From: Chiloscyllium plagiosum | Taxonomy: Eukaryota | DNA length: 20,000 bases | Reading direction: 5' to 3' | Assembly: GCF_004010195.1 (NCBI RefSeq) | Contig: NC_057711.1 | Location: 72,740,395-72,760,394 of the forward strand | Shown here: positions 18,631-20,000 of the stretch, in pieces | Layout: the number at the start of each line of letters is the position of its first letter | How positions within the stretch are numbered: the first letter of the stretch is position 1 | Translations under genes and position numbers: made by a program | Notes under the pieces: model-generated | Told to the model about the DNA's origin: nothing | Databases searched by the model: none | The model's input: the letters and a program-made list of their open reading frames with translations, nothing else

Positions 18631-18982
18631 GATGGATATAGTGAACAGCCAAGGTCTTTTCCCAGGTCTTTTCCCCAGGGTAGGGAAGTCCAAACCTAGA
18701 GAGCATAGGTTTAAGCTGAGAGGGGAAAGATTTAAAAGGGACCTGAGGGACAACATTTTCACGCAGAGGGTGGTGCATGTATGGAATGAGCTGCCACAGG
18801 AAGTGGTGGAGGCAGATTCAATTATGGCATTTCAAAGGCTCCTGGATGGATACCTGAATAGGAAAGTTTTAGAGGGATATGGGCAAATGCTGGTAAATGG
18901 AACAAGATCAATTCAGGCTATCTGGTTGGCACAGACCAGTTGGACTGAAGAGTCTGTTTCCATGCTGTATAATTCTATGACT
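18631..18982 (+). mobile_element. CR1/HER1 3' end fragment
   Basis: FKLRGERFKRDLRDNIFTQRVVHVWNELPQEVVEA; tail TTGGACTGAAGAGTCTGTTTCCATGCTGTATAATTCTATGACT; 12-bp tandem duplication AGGTCTTTTCCC at 18652-18675. Confidence 0.9.
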
Positions 18983-19468
18983 TTAAATGATTGTGATGAA
19001 ACAGTTTGAAACAAAATCATTATCAATCAAGTCAATCACTATTTTACAGTGACTGCAATTGAAGTGCTGTAGAATTTTTGATTATATTCCCTATTCACAA
19101 AGAAAAGTGAAGACTTGTATCTGACTGATGTGACACAAAAACAATTAATGTGCATGAAGATGCCTGAGAAGAATGACAGTATTAGGCTGAAAGCTGCAAT
19201 ATAAAGTGACATTAACATGTAAAAAATTGAATAGTGATCAAAATGAATTGAATTGTTTAGGAAAGGCTATAAGCAGGATATAACAATGGAAGAAAGCCAA
19301 ATTCACTGTATCAATGACAATCATCACATGCTGCATCACCAAATGTTTCATCCATGTTTATTTCTAACAGCGCATAAGAAAACATTTCCAAATGTTGGGC
19401 CCCAGGGCGGTGTGGTTTATTGGTGCGGGTGTACCAGAGATGTTCCCTGAAGCACTCTGTTAGGAGGC

Positions 19469-20000
19469 ACATCCATCAATATCATTTATTACATCCGTTG
19501 CTCCCGATGCTGTCTCCTCTACATCGCCCTGTGGCCAGCATTTCAACTCCCCCTCTCGCTCTGCCGAGAAAATGGAGGTCCTGGGCCTCCTTCACCGCCG
19601 CTCCCTCACCACCAGATGCCTGGAGGAAGAATGCCTCATCTTCCGCCTCAGAACACTTCAACCCCAGGGCATCAATATGGACTTCAACAGTTGCCTCATT
19701 TCTCCTTCCCCCACCTCACTCCAATTCCAAACTTCCAGCTCAGCACTGTCCCCATGACTTGTCCTACCTGCCTATCTTCCTTTCCACCTATCCACTCCAC
19801 CCCCTGTCCCCCCTGACCTATCACCTTCATCCCCTCCCCCACCTCACCTATTGTACTCTATGCTACTTTTTCCCCACTGACACTCTCCTCTCATTTATCT
19901 CTCCATCTTTCAAGCTCTCTGCCTGTATTCCTGATGAAGGACTTTTGCCCGAAACGTCGATTTTACTGCTCCTCAGATGCTGCCTGAACTGCTGTGCTTT
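19469..20000 (+). mobile_element. Neptune-type PLE 3' fragment (GIY-YIG relic, C/T-rich 3'UTR, terminal repeat), running off the window end
   Basis: NIIYYIRCSRCCLLYI|deletion|..HFNSPS..MEVLGLLH..RCLEEECLIFRLRTLQPQGINMDF. Confidence 0.88.
19927..19962 (+). ncRNA. Minimal HHR motif (core intact, helix II mismatch)
   Basis: ATTC-CTGATGA-A-GGAC-TTTT-GCCC-GAAAC-GTC-GATT. Confidence 0.85.

Noticed and set aside
3480..20000. Recurring GATGCTGCCTGACCTGCTG motif as a CRISPR-like or satellite array
   Set aside because: Dispersed, in both orientations and irregularly spaced; explained by PLE termini.

Overview
Eukaryotic non-coding DNA, most likely intergenic or intronic sequence from a shark (inferred from HE1/V-SINE-like, HER1/CR1-like and Penelope-like repeats). 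I see no intact host protein-coding gene. More than half the window is retroelement relics: (i) the 5' part of a decayed CR1 LINE on the minus strand (5'UTR, ORF1 Zn-finger + SGNH esterase, ORF2 APE endonuclease to RT start; 1-3047); (ii) several CR1 3' fragments, an L2 relic, a probable Gypsy relic and tRNA-headed SINEs; (iii) many Penelope-like elements (PLEs): a Poseidon/Penelope-type RT copy lacking its endonuclease, a 2.2-kb head-to-head inverted Neptune-type copy, and about seven 90-230 bp TSD-flanked mini-insertions made only of the terminal repeat. The hidden signal is about 12 minimal hammerhead ribozyme (HHR) motifs (CTGANGA-stem-GAAAC-GTH) from at least 5 sequence families. One pair forms a 190-bp near-perfect palindrome with a 15-bp TSD. 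Most mini-insertions start at the 5' edge of the ribozyme, and inverted copies join the target through 3' ends on both sides. Two TE-poor AT-rich stretches may be conserved regulatory elements. Family names come from recognition only, not from a database search.
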